From Mobula hypostoma (Eukaryota): a stretch of DNA of 64,000 nt. The notes under the pieces are model-generated. The model made no database searches, was not told the DNA's origin, and worked only from the letters and a program-made list of their open reading frames with translations. The stretch is from NCBI RefSeq assembly GCF_963921235.1, contig NC_086097.1:11470001-11534000 (forward strand), in the 5' to 3' direction. Of the stretch, positions 10,689 through 22,894 are shown one piece after another (the stretch's first letter is position 1; the number at the start of each line of letters is the position of its first letter). A program made the position numbers and the translations under genes.

Positions 10689-12868
10689 GTTGGAGTGGCA
10701 TAAGGAGTTAAAGTAGCAGGCAACGAGATGCTTCAGGTCGCTCTTGCGATATGAAAGCAGGTGCTCCACAAAACATTCAGCCCACATAATATATGGTCAC
10801 CCTGGTTTTATCCTATCAGATGCGTTCTCTTCCTTTACTGTCCTGCAGCTTTACAATCTTCTTTGGTTTCTTTCTCAGTTCTGATGAAGGACTGAAATGT
10901 TGGGTATGCTTCTCTTCCCACCGTGCAGCCTGACCTGTTGAGTGTTTGTAACATTTTCTGTTTTTGTACCAGCTTTTGTTATTCTTAACATAGGAATATT
11001 AGTACTTAATGCTGCTATTGTTTTTAAATTGTGAGTATTTTTACAATCTTTCTCCTAACGATCAAATCAATCAATTTATATGCAGAGTACTTTGATAAAT
11101 CAAAATTTTATTTTGGCTTAAGTACTGTAATTTTGAACTGAGATTTAAAAACTCCAGTTATTGTACATTCTTGAAAGCTGTCATTGAATCGAAGATCATT
11201 AAAACATTAGTTTTTCAGTGTTGTACACTATCTTCAGTATAAGATGGCTGTCTTTCTGAATTGGGTATCGATGTAAAGCCTCTCCAACAAGCTAGGCAAG
11301 GTCTGTCTTCAGGGGCAATGTTACATATTCAGTCTAAATTTTCTTGCTGCCTTTAAGTGATTTTGTTGTGCAATTTCTATTCAATGCTGAATAGATCTGT
11401 CATGTATACAATAATTTATATATTTTTGTATCAACTTAAACTTTAAGAGTCATCCAAAAACACAACAGAATTAGCATGTAGGGGAAAAATTCAAGATGTG
11501 AATCTTTTGTAAGATACTAAATTGACTGCAAGGCACCAAACTTGAGGAAAAATGTTGAAGTCTAAGTATAAAAGAGGTTTCTTACAATGGTCCTAAGCAT
11601 GAGAGTGGACTGGTAAAGCTGTAGCTATTCTTGGAAATTGACATGGAATCTCATGGAGGCATTTGAAATTTTGGAGATTTTTGATTAGAGAAACTTATCT
11701 CATTTGCAGATGGGCAAGAACCTGAGCAATTGCCAAAAGAACCATAGGTGATATAAGGAGTACTTCCATGCAGCAAGTGTTAAGGTTTAGAATTTACGGT
11801 CAGGAGAAGTGATGGAGACAGAATCAATCCTGGTGTTTGGAAGGGAACTGGATAAGTAATTGAAAGGATTTGCAACACTGTAGAGATGGTGGGAGAATGG
11901 AACTAACTGGATAGAGCAGTGCATCTGCAAGGTATGCCTCCCCCCAAGCTGTAGTTTTTCTGTGACACCAAACCATTGAAAATGCAAGTTGCTTATAGTT
12001 ATCCTGAGCCACAGAAGCCTGATGGAGATTGTCCGGCAGCTGACAAAGAACTTCTAATTTGGGCTAACTTATTTTTAGCAGCAGCAACCTTGGTGGAGAT
12101 CTCAAGGTAGGAGAAGAAATCAGGTTTGAGAGGGAACTAACAGCTTTTGGTTCAACAAAGGAATGGTTGGGGGGGGGTTGACTTTTTTTTATAAGTGACA
12201 ATTTTTTAAAATTGTTCTTTTAACCATTGGTAGGGCTGTTCCCTGCAGAGCAATTGTCAGTCTAATGGCTGTCTGTGGTTGTTGACCAAATACAACTAGA
12301 TGCTGTCACCTGGCACTGAATGCTTTTGGGGAGACCAGTTTTTCTAATTTGGCAGATAGCTATCTACCAGCCTTTGCCTAATGCTGGATTAGATGTAGAT
12401 CAAGTCAAATTCAAGTTCAAGTTTATCTTTGCCTTCATACTTATCATGTGTTATGTGTACTACTGTACTTTTCACCCTGGTTCGGAGAAACGTCTTGTTT
12501 CTTTTTATTATATGGTTATACATATATAAAAAGGCAATAACCTTTGACTTCAAGTTTATTGCCATTGGGCAATACGCACACACAGACTCTCACAATTGGT
12601 AACTTAACATTGTACCACCAAGTTCTAGCTATTTCTGTGGAAAATCCACATTTCATTCTGTTGTGTATAATGCCCTTCAGACAAATGTACATGTATGATA
12701 AATTGTGTAGCAGATAGCATAATAGTAAGAATTAGTTATAATCTAATAAAAAATTAATTAGATTAAATGCCACTCACCCAGCGCATCCTTCCATGCTTTA
12801 CTGGGACATCATTCCCAAAAAAAGCAGAAGGTGCATTATGTGTTTACTTGGTTTTCTGTATTCTTCAG

Positions 12869-12977
12869 TTATAGATTTATGGTTATGGATCGATTTGGAT
12901 CTGACCTTCAGAAAATATTTGAACAAAATCATAAGATTTTCCCTAAGAAATTTGTGTTCCAGTTAGGTCTACGATTG
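12869..12977 (+). CDS. VRK1: VRK1 coding exon, 109 nt (SYRFMVMDRFGSDLQKIFEQNHKIFPKKFVFQLGLRL)
   Basis: cttcag acceptor, gtaagt donor; hinge motif YRFMVMDRFGSDLQK. Confidence 0.95.
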
Positions 12978-14479
12978 GTAAGTCGATTTCCTTTATCTGG
13001 AAGGTAACATTTTCATTATTTTAAAGATCTTTACAAAGCACCTTGATATATTTTGTGAGCAATGCTTTTAAGTCGCTTCATACATGCTGGAGAAGGATAT
13101 GAATTTCTCAGCCGATTTCTCCCAGTGTGTCTCAGAATTGCACAACTGACCCGGAAGGGGATTTAAGAAAAATCTGTCTTTGGAAGTTGATGTTTCTTGG
13201 AACGTATATATAGGTAAGGTCAAAACTTCAAGCAATTTGCAATTAGATTTGTTTCTCTAGTTCCTAGAAGCACAGTCTTGTTCTTGCGATTTAGTCCTGT
13301 TTCATGCTCAAATTCTGCTGATTTCAACCTATGCAGCAAAGTAAACTATTATGATAACCATTTCAGTTTTGAATATAACACATACTCTTTAGAAATGTCT
13401 CTGCAGCATGTACATTATTGATAAATGCTGATTATGGTTCATTGGTCTTTTATGCATACATCATAATTTATAATTGTTAGTCTTACGTTTTTGGGTAAGT
13501 ATTAATATAAAGTTTTATATGTTTGCATTTATCTGTTGGCTTAACATGGACATTTCTTGAAGAGTAACTTAATGCAGTTTGGATTTTTAAATATTTTTAA
13601 ACTGTATCTTTGTTAGGACAACTCTGACATTGTATACTGAGCATTCAAATCATTCTGTCTCCATAAACACTTAGTTGCATGCTATGGAGCCTCTTGGCCA
13701 CGTATGAATCATTGCAATACAGAACATCAACATTCTAAATTAAAATCTAATTTGCTGTAATTAAATTTGCATAAAAGCATTCCCTGCAAGCTAAGTTGCA
13801 GACTATAGTTTAAAATTAATTTTGCCTAATTAAAGACATCTTGTATATTAATATGTGCAATGGCAAAAATAAACTTTCACTGGAGCTTCATGAGCTGGCT
13901 GGCCAGGGTTCAAGCACCACCTGTGGTTCCAGGGCTTTAACTTGGATACCCCGGGCTTGGTGAATTGACTTGGATGAATTGTTATTCGGATTATTAATGG
14001 ATTTGTAACAATCTAAATTATTATAAACTTGAATAGCGTAATTAGCCGTTCATGTCATTGTTCAGTCTGGGATTGTTTCAGATGCTCTCTGAGCAACCCC
14101 CTGGGGCTTGCAGATTGAGTGCGGATGAAGACGATGATGGGTGATAAAATTGCTTCTCAGTCTTTTAAGAAAGTTGTTATAATTGAAAGGATTTTAAAAT
14201 TTCAGTTTCATGTTACATAATCTTGATTTACTTAATGTTTTCTTTCAACCTGATGAAGACATGCTATAGCTTTGTGCTGTCTATTTTTAAATTAGATTTC
14301 CCGTGCGCAATTCTGCAAACCGAATTTTTTGATAAAAACGGATAAAGATCTTGACTTGGCTTGGAGTTCTAAATTTTATGCTTCACATTGCTTGATAATT
14401 CAAAACCTAAAAATTGCTCAACTAAAATGATTCGCACTGATGTGCTTTCGTTGTTTACTGACACTTTAACCAAAGTACT

Positions 14480-17400
14480 CACTTAACAAGGTGTCATTTA
14501 CTGTATCTGGTGCTCCTGATGCAGCATGACATTGGGGACCACTTTGTAGAGCATCTCTGATCCATCGCAAAAAGTAGAATTTCCTGGTGACCAACCGTTT
14601 TAGTTCCTGACCCTATACCCGAACCAACACGTCGATCCATGGCCATCTTGCTGCCACAAGGAGGCCACTCTCAGAGCGGAGGAGCAACACCTCATATTCT
14701 GTCTTGGTAGACTCCAACCTGACAGCATGAACATCAATTTCTCCTTCTGTTAATCTTTTTATTCCTCCCCATCCCATCTTCTATTCCCCACTCTTGTCTC
14801 TCACCTCTTCTCCTGATGCCCCTCCTTCTTCCCTTTCTCCCACGGTCAACTCTCCTCTCCTATCAGGTTCCTTCTTCTCCAGCTCTTCTATCACCTATCA
14901 CCTCCCAGCCACTTACTTCATCCACCCTCCTACACCTCCCTGGCTTCACCCATTATCTTCTAGCTTGTCCTCCTCCTCTCCCCACATTTTGTATCTGGCT
15001 TTCCCCCTCCCTTTCCAGTCCTGATGAAGGATCTTGGCCCAAAAGTAAAAGTGGCAGGCCGACAAATCCAGGGCAAGCATTAAAAAGGGCCACTTTTCAA
15101 CATAATTGTATAAGGGCTAAGAGAGTTGTAAAAGAGCGCCTGAAGGCTTTGTGTGTCAATGCAAGGAGCATTCGTAACAAGGTGGATGAATTGAAAGTGC
15201 AGATTGTTATTAATGATTATGATATAGTTGGGATCACAGAGACACGGCTCCAGGGTGACCAAGGATGGGAGCTCAACGTTCAGGGATATTCAATATTCAG
15301 GAGGGATAGACATGAAAGAAAAGGAGGTGGGGTGGCGTTGCTGGTTAAGGAAGAGATTAACGCAATAGAAAGGAAGGACATGAGCCGGGAAGATGTGGAA
15401 TCGATATGGGTAGAGCTGCGTAACACCAAGGGGCAGAAGACGCTGGTGGGAGTTGTGTACAGGCCACCTAACTGTAGTAGTGAGGTCGGAGATGGTATTA
15501 AACAGGAAATTAGAAATGTGTGCAATAAAGGAACAGCAGTTATAATGGGTGACTTCAATCTACATGTAGACTGGGTGAACCAAATTGGTAAAGGTGCTGA
15601 GGAAGAGGATTTCTTGGAATGTATGCGGGATGGTTTTTTGAACCAACATGTCGAGGAACCAACTAGAGAGCAGGCTATTCTGGACTGGGTTTTGAGCAAT
15701 GAGGAAGGGTTAATTAGCGATCTTGTCGTGAAAGGCCCCTTGGGTAAGAGTGACCATAATATGGTGGAATTCTTCATTAAGATGGAGAGTGACATAGTTA
15801 ATTCAGAAACAAAGGTTCTGAACTTAAAGAGGGGTAACTTTGAAGGTATGAGACGTGAATTAGCTAAGATAGACTGGCAAATGACACTTAAAGGATTGAC
15901 GGTGGATATGCAATGGCAAGCATTTAAAGGTTGCATGGATGAACTACAACAATTGTTCATCCCAGTTTGGCAAAAGAATAAATCAGGGAAGGTAGTGCAC
16001 CCGTGGCTGACAAGGGAAATTAGGGATAGTATCAATTCCAAAGAAGAAGCATACAAATTAGCCAGAAAAAGTGGCTCACCTGAGGACTGGGAGAAATTCA
16101 GAGTTCAGCAGAGGAGGACAAAGGGCTTAATTAGGAAGGGGAAAAAAGATTATGAGAGAAAACTGGCAGGGAACATAAAAACGGACTGTAAAAGCTTTTA
16201 TAGATATGTAAAAAGGAAAAGACTGGTAAAGACAAATGTAGGTCCCCCGCAGACAGAAACAGGTGAATTGATTATGGGGAGCAAGGACATGGCAGACCAA
16301 TTGAATAATTACTTTGGTTCTGGCTTCACTAAGGAGGACATAAATAATCTTCCCGAAATAGTAGGGGACAGAGGGTCCAGTGAGATGGAGGAACTGAGCG
16401 AAATACATGTTAGTAGGGAAGTGGTGTTAGGTAAATTGAAGGGATTGAAGGCAGATAAATCCCCAGGGCCAGATGGTCTGCATCCTAGAGTGCTTAAAGA
16501 AGTAGCCCAAGAAATAGTGGATGCATTAGTGATAATTTTTCAAAACTCGTTAGATTCTGGACTAGTTCCTGAGGATTGGAGGGTGGCTAATGTAACCCCA
16601 CTTTTTAAAAAAGGAGGGAGAGAGAAACCGGGGAATTATAGACCGGTTAGCCTAACGTCAGTGGTGGGGAAACTGCTGGAGTCAGTTATCACGGATGTGA
16701 TAACACACATTTGGAAAGCAGTGAAATGATCGGACAAAGTCAGCATGGATTTGTGAAAGGAAAATCATGTCTGACGAATCTCATAGAATTTTTTGAGGAT
16801 GTAACTAGTAGAGTGGATAGGGGAGAACCAGTGGATGTGGTATATTTGGATTTTCAAAAGGCTTTTGACAAGGTCCCACACAGGAGATTAGTGTGCAAAC
16901 TTAAAGCACACGGTATTGGGGGTAAGGTATTGATGTGGATAGAGAATTGGTTAGCAGACAGGAAGCAAAGAGTGGGAATAAACGGGACCTTTTCAGAATG
17001 GCAGGCAGTGACTAGTGGGGTACCGCAAGGCTCAGTGCTGGGACCCCAGTTGTTTACAATATATATTAATGACTTGGCTGAGGGAATTAAATGCAGCATC
17101 TCCAAGTTTGCGGATGACACGAAGCTGGGTGGCAGTGTTAGCTGTGAGGAGGATGCTAAGAGGATGCAGAGTGACTTGGATAGTTTGGGTGAGTGGGCAA
17201 ATTCATGGCAGATGCAATTTAATGTGGATAAATGTGAAGTTATCCACTTTGGTGGCAAAAATAGGAAAACAGATTATTATCTGAATGGTGGCCGATTAGG
17301 AAAAGGGGAGGTGCAACGAGACCTGGGTGTCATTATACATCAGTCATTGAAAGTGGGCATGCAGGTACAGCAGGCGGTGAAAAAGGCGAATGGTATGCTG

Positions 17401-18120
17401 GCATTTATAGCGAGAGGATTCGAGTACAGGAGCAGGGAGGTACTACTGCAGTTGTACAAGGCCTTGGTGAAACCACACCTGGAGTATTGTGTGCAGTTTT
17501 GGTCCCCTAATCTGAGGAAAAACATCTTTGCCATAGAGGGAGTACAAAGAAGGTTCACCAGATTGATTCCTGGGATGGCAGGACTTTCATATGAAGAAAG
17601 ACTGGATGAACTGGGCTTGTACTCGTTGGAATTTAGAAGATTGAGGGGGGATCTGATTGAAACGTATAAAATCCTAAAGGGATTGGACAGGCTAGATGCA
17701 GGAAGATTGTTCCCGATGTTGGGGAAGTCCAGAACGAGGGGTCACAGTTTGAGGATAAAGGGGAAGCCTTTTTGGATCGAGATTAGGAAAAACTTCTTCA
17801 CACAGAGAGTGGTGAATCTGTGGAATTCTCTGCCACAGGAAACAGTTGAGGCCAGTTCATTGGCTATATTTAAGAGGGAGTTAGATATGGCCCTTGTGGC
17901 TACGGGGATCAGGGGGTATGGAGGGAAGGCTGGGGCAGGTTTCTGAGTTGGATGATCAGCCATGATCATAATAAATGGCGGTGCAGGCTCGAAGGGCCGA
18001 ATGGCCTACTCCTGCACCTATTTTCTATGTTTCTATGTTAAAACATTGACTGTTTATTAATTTCTATCGAAGCTGCCTGACCTGCTGAGTTCCTCCAGCA
18101 TTTGTGTGTGTTGCTCTGGA
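14480..18120 (+). mobile_element. Penelope-like element 3' portion (GIY-YIG remnant, pyrimidine-rich spacer, hammerhead module), split by a CR1 at 15045-18039
   Basis: 14490-14750 encodes degenerate GVIYCIWCS...LGDHFVEHL...EATLRAEEQHLIFCLGRLQPDSMNINFS; the module cagtc-ctgatga-aggatcttggccc-aaaa continues as cattgactg...ttcctccagcattt after the LINE. Confidence 0.8.
15045..18039 (+). mobile_element. Young 5'-truncated CR1-clade LINE; near-complete ORF2 (APE endonuclease plus reverse transcriptase) with one frameshift
   Basis: NARS, GITET, VYRPP, GDFN, SDH (APE); KSPGPDG, NYRPVSLTS, QHGF, YLDFQKAFDKV, GVPQGSVLGP, KFADD (RT); stop at 17946; (TTTCTATG)n tail; flanked by aaaa on both sides. Confidence 0.97.
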
Positions 18121-18273
18121 TTTATCAAGGTGTGTTTCCATGATATATCAGTCATTGCTGAAATAGGATGGGGATAATTCAGTTCAAATCTGGAAGGGAC
18201 TTTTCTTGATTCTTGAACAGTGACGAATTGATTTTAGGGTAAGCTGGCAACAAGAGAAGATGTAGCAAATCAT

Positions 18274-18485
18274 TAACGTGAGATTCTGCAGATGCTGGAA
18301 ATCCAAAACAACACACACAAAATGCTGGAGGAACTCAGTAAGTTGGGCAGCATTTATGGAAAAGGGCAAGCAGTTAATATTTCGGACCAAGACCCTTCAT
18401 AAGGACTGACAAATGGTCTCAGCATGAAACATTGACTGTTCATTTCATAGATGCTGCCTGACGTGCTAATTACTCCAGCATTTTG
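18274..18485. mobile_element. Fold-back pair of Penelope terminal modules
   Basis: caaaatgctggaggaactcag...gcagcatttatggaaa (18318-18363) versus tttcatagatgctgcc...ctccagcattttg (18443-18485); centre near 18405. Confidence 0.8.
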
Positions 18486-18523
18486 GGCTAGGAAAGACAA
18501 CATCAGCTGGGAGGTTGACCAAT

Positions 18524-18873
18524 CAACACACGCAAAATGCTGGTGGAAGTTGCCTGCCCATCGCCTCTCTATGGTGCTCCTACCGGCTTCTTCTTTCTTC
18601 CATGGCCTTCTGTCTCTTTCACCAATCAACTTCCCAGCTCTTTATTTCATCCCTCCCCCTCCAGGTTTCACCTGTCACCCGGTATTTCTCTCTCCCCTCC
18701 CACCACCTTATAAATTATTCCTCAGCTTTCTTTCTCCAGTCCTGCTGAAGGGTTTTGGCTTGAAACGTCGACTGTACTTTTTTCCTTAGATGCTGCCTGA
18801 CCTGCTGAGTTCCTCCTGCATTTTGCGTGTGTTGCTCGGGTTCCCAGCATCTGCAGATTTTCTCTTGTTTGTG
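18524..18873 (+). mobile_element. Penelope-derived element: short inverted stub, pyrimidine-rich spacer and hammerhead module
   Basis: Begins caacacacgcaaaatgctgg (inverted tail); module cagtc-ctgctga-agggttttggctt-gaaac-gtc-gactg at 18737-18774; full tail to gcatctgcagattttctcttgtttg. Confidence 0.8.
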
Positions 18874-19569
18874 GCTAACTTGACCAGTTAGTGACCCTTG
18901 GATGGCAACGGTTAAATTGTTCTGCAGTATCTAAATAATGTGGCAACATTTGTTCAACTCAAAAGAGCAGCCTTTGTATAAGATGAAGGACACCAACTGA
19001 GGAAACTGCATATTTTCAGACAAAAACAGGAATGATGGTAAAAATGAAGAGTTAATGCAATGCTAATTATCTGTAGTAACTCATTTTGAAAACAAAGTAT
19101 CGATGGGTCTTGGAGCATTTTTCAGTGAAAATTTATTTTATAACATTGGAATCTGACCTTGCTAAGTGCTTGTGCATTGACTGAGTCAGAATTTAACATG
19201 TTCCATCTGGCATGCTTGGCTTAAACTTCAAAAATAACAATTTAAAACAAAAAAAGGCTATCAAAATCCATTTATAACTTCGTCACCTAAAAATGGAGAG
19301 AGCTTCGAAGTTTTGGAGGAACTGCACAGAATTCAAAATAAACTTGGAGTAGATGCTTTTGAAGAGGACAGAAGATATCGAGCAGAAATAAATTCATATT
19401 TGAAGGGTCTGGGAGAAGAGAAATATACTTGAAGCAGTAATGATGGCCGGATTATTAAATATTTCTTAAAGTATTGCTGCAAGTGTAATGGAAACTGATG
19501 GCAATCACATTTTAATAAAAAATAAGAGCTTGGCAAGAAAGACGTACTTCAGAGTCTCAGTCTCAAAAT

Positions 19570-19770
19570 TGGTTGACACAGTTTGCATAATGCTTTACAA
19601 TGGCAGTGACCCAGTTCAATTCATACCACTGTCTATAAGGAGTTTGTATGTTCTCCCTGTGACCAAGTAAGTTTCCTCCCATTTTCCAAAGGCAGTACAG
19701 GTTACTAAGTTAATTGGACACATGGGTGTAATAGGGCGGCGCAGGCTCGTTGGGCCAGAAGGGCCTGGTA
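19570..19770 (+). mobile_element. Degenerate HE1/V-SINE-like element
   Basis: gttcaattc B-box remnant, taaggagtttgtatgttctccctgtgacc block, gggccagaagggcctg tail. Confidence 0.65.
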
Positions 19771-21060
19771 GTTAGAGCTTTATTGTCATTGCTGAGGACA
19801 GCGAGATTCAGTACTACTCCATTTAGTCTGAGTTATTTAGAATGACATTCAAGTTACAAGTGAATTAAAAACAAATAGCTCTAAATTTAAAAGAAACAAT
19901 GGCTGGTCCATTCAGGTCTTGCATGTAAAAAGAAATACAATCATTAGATATAAGATAGCATCAAGAATTCGGCCCACGTATTGCACTTAGAGATTGTCCA
20001 CTTTGTTTATGGACTATGGGGAGGAATGTAAGGAGGAGGGGGTGTGGCTTTGTTTAGTTGCACAACAGCCCTGGGGGAGAAGCTGTTTTCAGTTTGGATG
20101 TCCGTGCATGGACGTTTCTGTATCTTCTGGATGAAAGGAGATTAAACAGAAGATTACTTGGGTGGGATGAGTCCATCACAATGTTGAGAGCTGCTATAGA
20201 CATTGTGAGATGTAGATGGTTTCCATATCTGGTTGTTGTGTCCCAGTGATGTTCTGTGCAGTCCTTATCTCTCATTGAAGTGTGTTTTGGTCGATCTTGT
20301 TGCAGCTAGTGTACCATATTGTCATGCAGTATGTCAGTATGCTCTCAGTTACACATTGATAAAAGTTTACCAGCAGCATTTGGGGCAGATTTGCTCTCTT
20401 GAAACTCCTAAGATAGTACAGGTGCTGCTGTGCTATCCCTGTTGTCAAGGTGGTATTGGTGGTCCTGGAACGCACCTCTGAGATGTTCACTCCCAAGAAC
20501 TTAAAGCTGGAGGTGCTTTCCATTTGAGTAGTGGAGATCGTTTTTCTGAAGGCCTCGATTTCCTGAAATCGATAAAAATTTCTTTGTTTTTTATGTTGAG
20601 TAAAAGATTGTAGTTATTGCACTATTCAGACAATTTCTGTGCCTTCTGTCTACATACAACATAAGGATTGATAATTTTTCACTGGGATAACGAACACAGA
20701 GGTAGTGAATTCTCTGTGCAGGAAGGCTACAGAAGATCATTTGTTCTTTATATCTCAGATAGAGATGAACAGATTTTTAGATATGAAGGCAATCCAGGGA
20801 AGTTGATACAGGAAAGTGTGACTGAGCTAAAAGATTACCGAGGGCTATGGACTATTCAGAAATCTGATGGCAGAGGGCAAGTAATAGTCTTGGAAATGTT
20901 GAAAGTATGCTGTACATTCTTTATGTGGATTTGATGACGTTGGAAGGTTCTGGTGTTTGCAGACATCAGTTTCGGAGCAAGAGTGTAAAAGCTGGGCATT
21001 AGGGTAATGTGAGAAAGGCAATACCAGGTCCATCATCAGAGTATGGTACCTGCCAATGTG
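19771..21060 (-). mobile_element. Rex1/Babar-like LINE fragment
   Basis: ORF 20272..20523 SFKFLGVNIS...AQQHLYYLRSFKRANLPQMLLVNFYQCVTESILTYCMTIWY; ORF 20054..20275 DSSHPSNLLFNLLSSRRYR. Confidence 0.75.
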
Positions 21061-22449
21061 CAATTCTTTTTTACCATTTATCTCTAATCTGTAATCTAAT
21101 CTTGGTATGCATATATCACATTTCTTAAACTTCCTTTTAAAAAAAAACTGTTGTTTTTTGATCAAATGTTTATTAAATATGGTGTTTGATGATTTCAATG
21201 TACAGTATAAATTTAAATGTTTCCACATTGGTAATGCCTCTTGAACCCATACTTGTATTTGTCATCATTACCACCATGAACCAGTCTGTTCAGAGTATGT
21301 AGGCCAATGAAAAGGATACTCGTCCCACTGGCAAAACATTATCACAAACTGTGCATGCATTTTTCATGAAAATTGGATCCTTGTTGAAATAGGAAGAAGT
21401 GTATATTCAGCAGAACAGTAGGGTTAAACAAAGAGGCACCCTAATTTCATATGCACCTGAAAGGTAACTTGGATAAAGACTATGGATCAGGATTATTGCA
21501 GACATAACCTTTTGCTGATGAAATTAATCCTTGAGCACGATTCTATAAAAGTAAATACACTTCATAGCTTGGCAGAAATAAAGTTGAAGGATATGAGCAA
21601 TGTGTTGAAGATGGCCATCTGTGTCCAATGGCATGGCAAATCATGTGGAAAGTAATATTGTACAAAATGAAATGGCTGTTTGAGTGAAATCCAACAGAAA
21701 ACTAGTTGTGAAATCCAATTGCCTGATGTTCCAAAGTCTAATTTTTCGAAGGGTGAGGATAAATCATCTTGTGTAGAACTTGGGGAAAACTGTTTCCTTA
21801 GTCTTTCAGTTTTGAGGATGTGTTTTTCCCAAGGTAACAATGTTGGGCTGCTTGAAGAATTTAGGAATCCAAGTAACACATCTTTTCAGAGTATTTAAAC
21901 ACAGAAGAATATTGTCTCTAGACGGGGTATATTCAGAGCGTTTAATATAAATTGACAAAATATTACTGTACTGGATTGTGAACTTCAGGAAATTAAGATA
22001 AAAATTAATTTCTGGTGTGTGCTCCGTTTTATATTATTTTCAATGTATAAGCAAGTGGTGATGCTTTTGAACTGGGTATAGTTTATGAAGCCACATTAGA
22101 ATAAACCTAAATGTTTGGCTTCATTTGCAGCTTTTTGAGTTGATGTCCAGCTTCTGTGTATCCAAAAGAAAGTGCAGATTTCCAAAACATATCCTTTTTG
22201 TATAATTAAGAAGAAAAGTTTTTTTTAAACTTGCCCTGGAGTTCATTACAAAGCTGATTATAACACTGAACCTAATTCACAAGTCAAGACTTTTACGTAA
22301 AAGATTGAATTAGACATGCAATTTAACTTGAATATACATGTATGTTGATGAATGAAATTTCATGAAATTCATCGCATTAAAACACAATTTGCAAAATTAT
22401 CTGAATCCAAATGACCCTTCAGATTAGCTTAATTTACAATTATACTCCA

Positions 22450-22775
22450 ACTACCACAAGCGGAATTTCTGGTGGCCAGTCATTTTTATTTCTATCCCCA
22501 TTCCCATTCTGACATGTCAGTCTGTAGCCTTCCCTTTTGCCACGATGAGGCCACGCTCAGGGTGGAGGAGCAACACCTTATATTCTATCTAACTATCTTC
22601 CAACCTGATGGCATGAACATTTTCCCCTCTCCCCATTTTTTTATTCTGGTGTCTTCCCCCATCCTTTCCAGTCCTGAAGAAGGGACTCAGCCTGAAGCAT
22701 TAACTGTTTATTCATTTCCATCAATGCTGCCTGACCTGCTAAGCTCCCCTAGCATTTTATATATGTGTGTGTGTT
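22450..22775 (+). mobile_element. Penelope-like fragment (GIY-YIG C-terminus plus hammerhead module) just upstream of a VRK1 acceptor
   Basis: ORF 22472..22777 ASHF..PHSHSDMSV...CHDEATLRVEEQHLIF...QPDGMNI; cagtc-ctgaaga-aggg at 22669-22684. Confidence 0.8.
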
Positions 22776-22801
22776 AACTTGGAATTGTTTTCTTTTGATA
22801 G

Positions 22802-22894
22802 ATTGACATCCTAGAATACATCCATGACCATGAGTACGTGCATGGAGACATCAAAGCTTCCAATCTCCTCCTCAGTTACAAGAATCCAAATGAG
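22802..22894 (+). CDS. VRK1: VRK1 coding exon, 93 nt, catalytic loop ([31 protein letters not shown])
   Basis: ttgatag acceptor, gttttg donor; HGDIKASN catalytic loop. Confidence 0.95.

Larger units (their letters stand above)
9170..10970. mobile_element. Old Penelope-like element with inverted terminal modules, split by nested inserts
   Basis: Reverse module 9170-9280 (gaaaatgttggaaatactcaacagg) mirrors the forward module 10876-10970 (ctgatga...cctgacctgttgagtgtttgtaacattttc); minus ORF 10560..10787 ECFVEHLLSYRKSD...VACYFNSLCHS is GIY-YIG-like. Confidence 0.6.

Noticed and set aside
14816..15044. Pro/Ser/Leu-rich N-terminus of the 637-aa ORF as a novel domain fused to CR1 ORF2
   Set aside because: It is the pyrimidine-rich spacer of the host Penelope element, in frame by chance upstream of the insertion junction.
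16700..16730. Programmed ribosomal frameshift between the two LINE ORFs
   Set aside because: No slippery heptamer at the break; CR1 ORF2 is normally one frame, and a 1-nt deletion explains it.
15280..17969. Long minus-strand ORFs (258, 134 aa and others)
   Set aside because: Antisense shadows of the CR1 ORF2 with no independent motifs.
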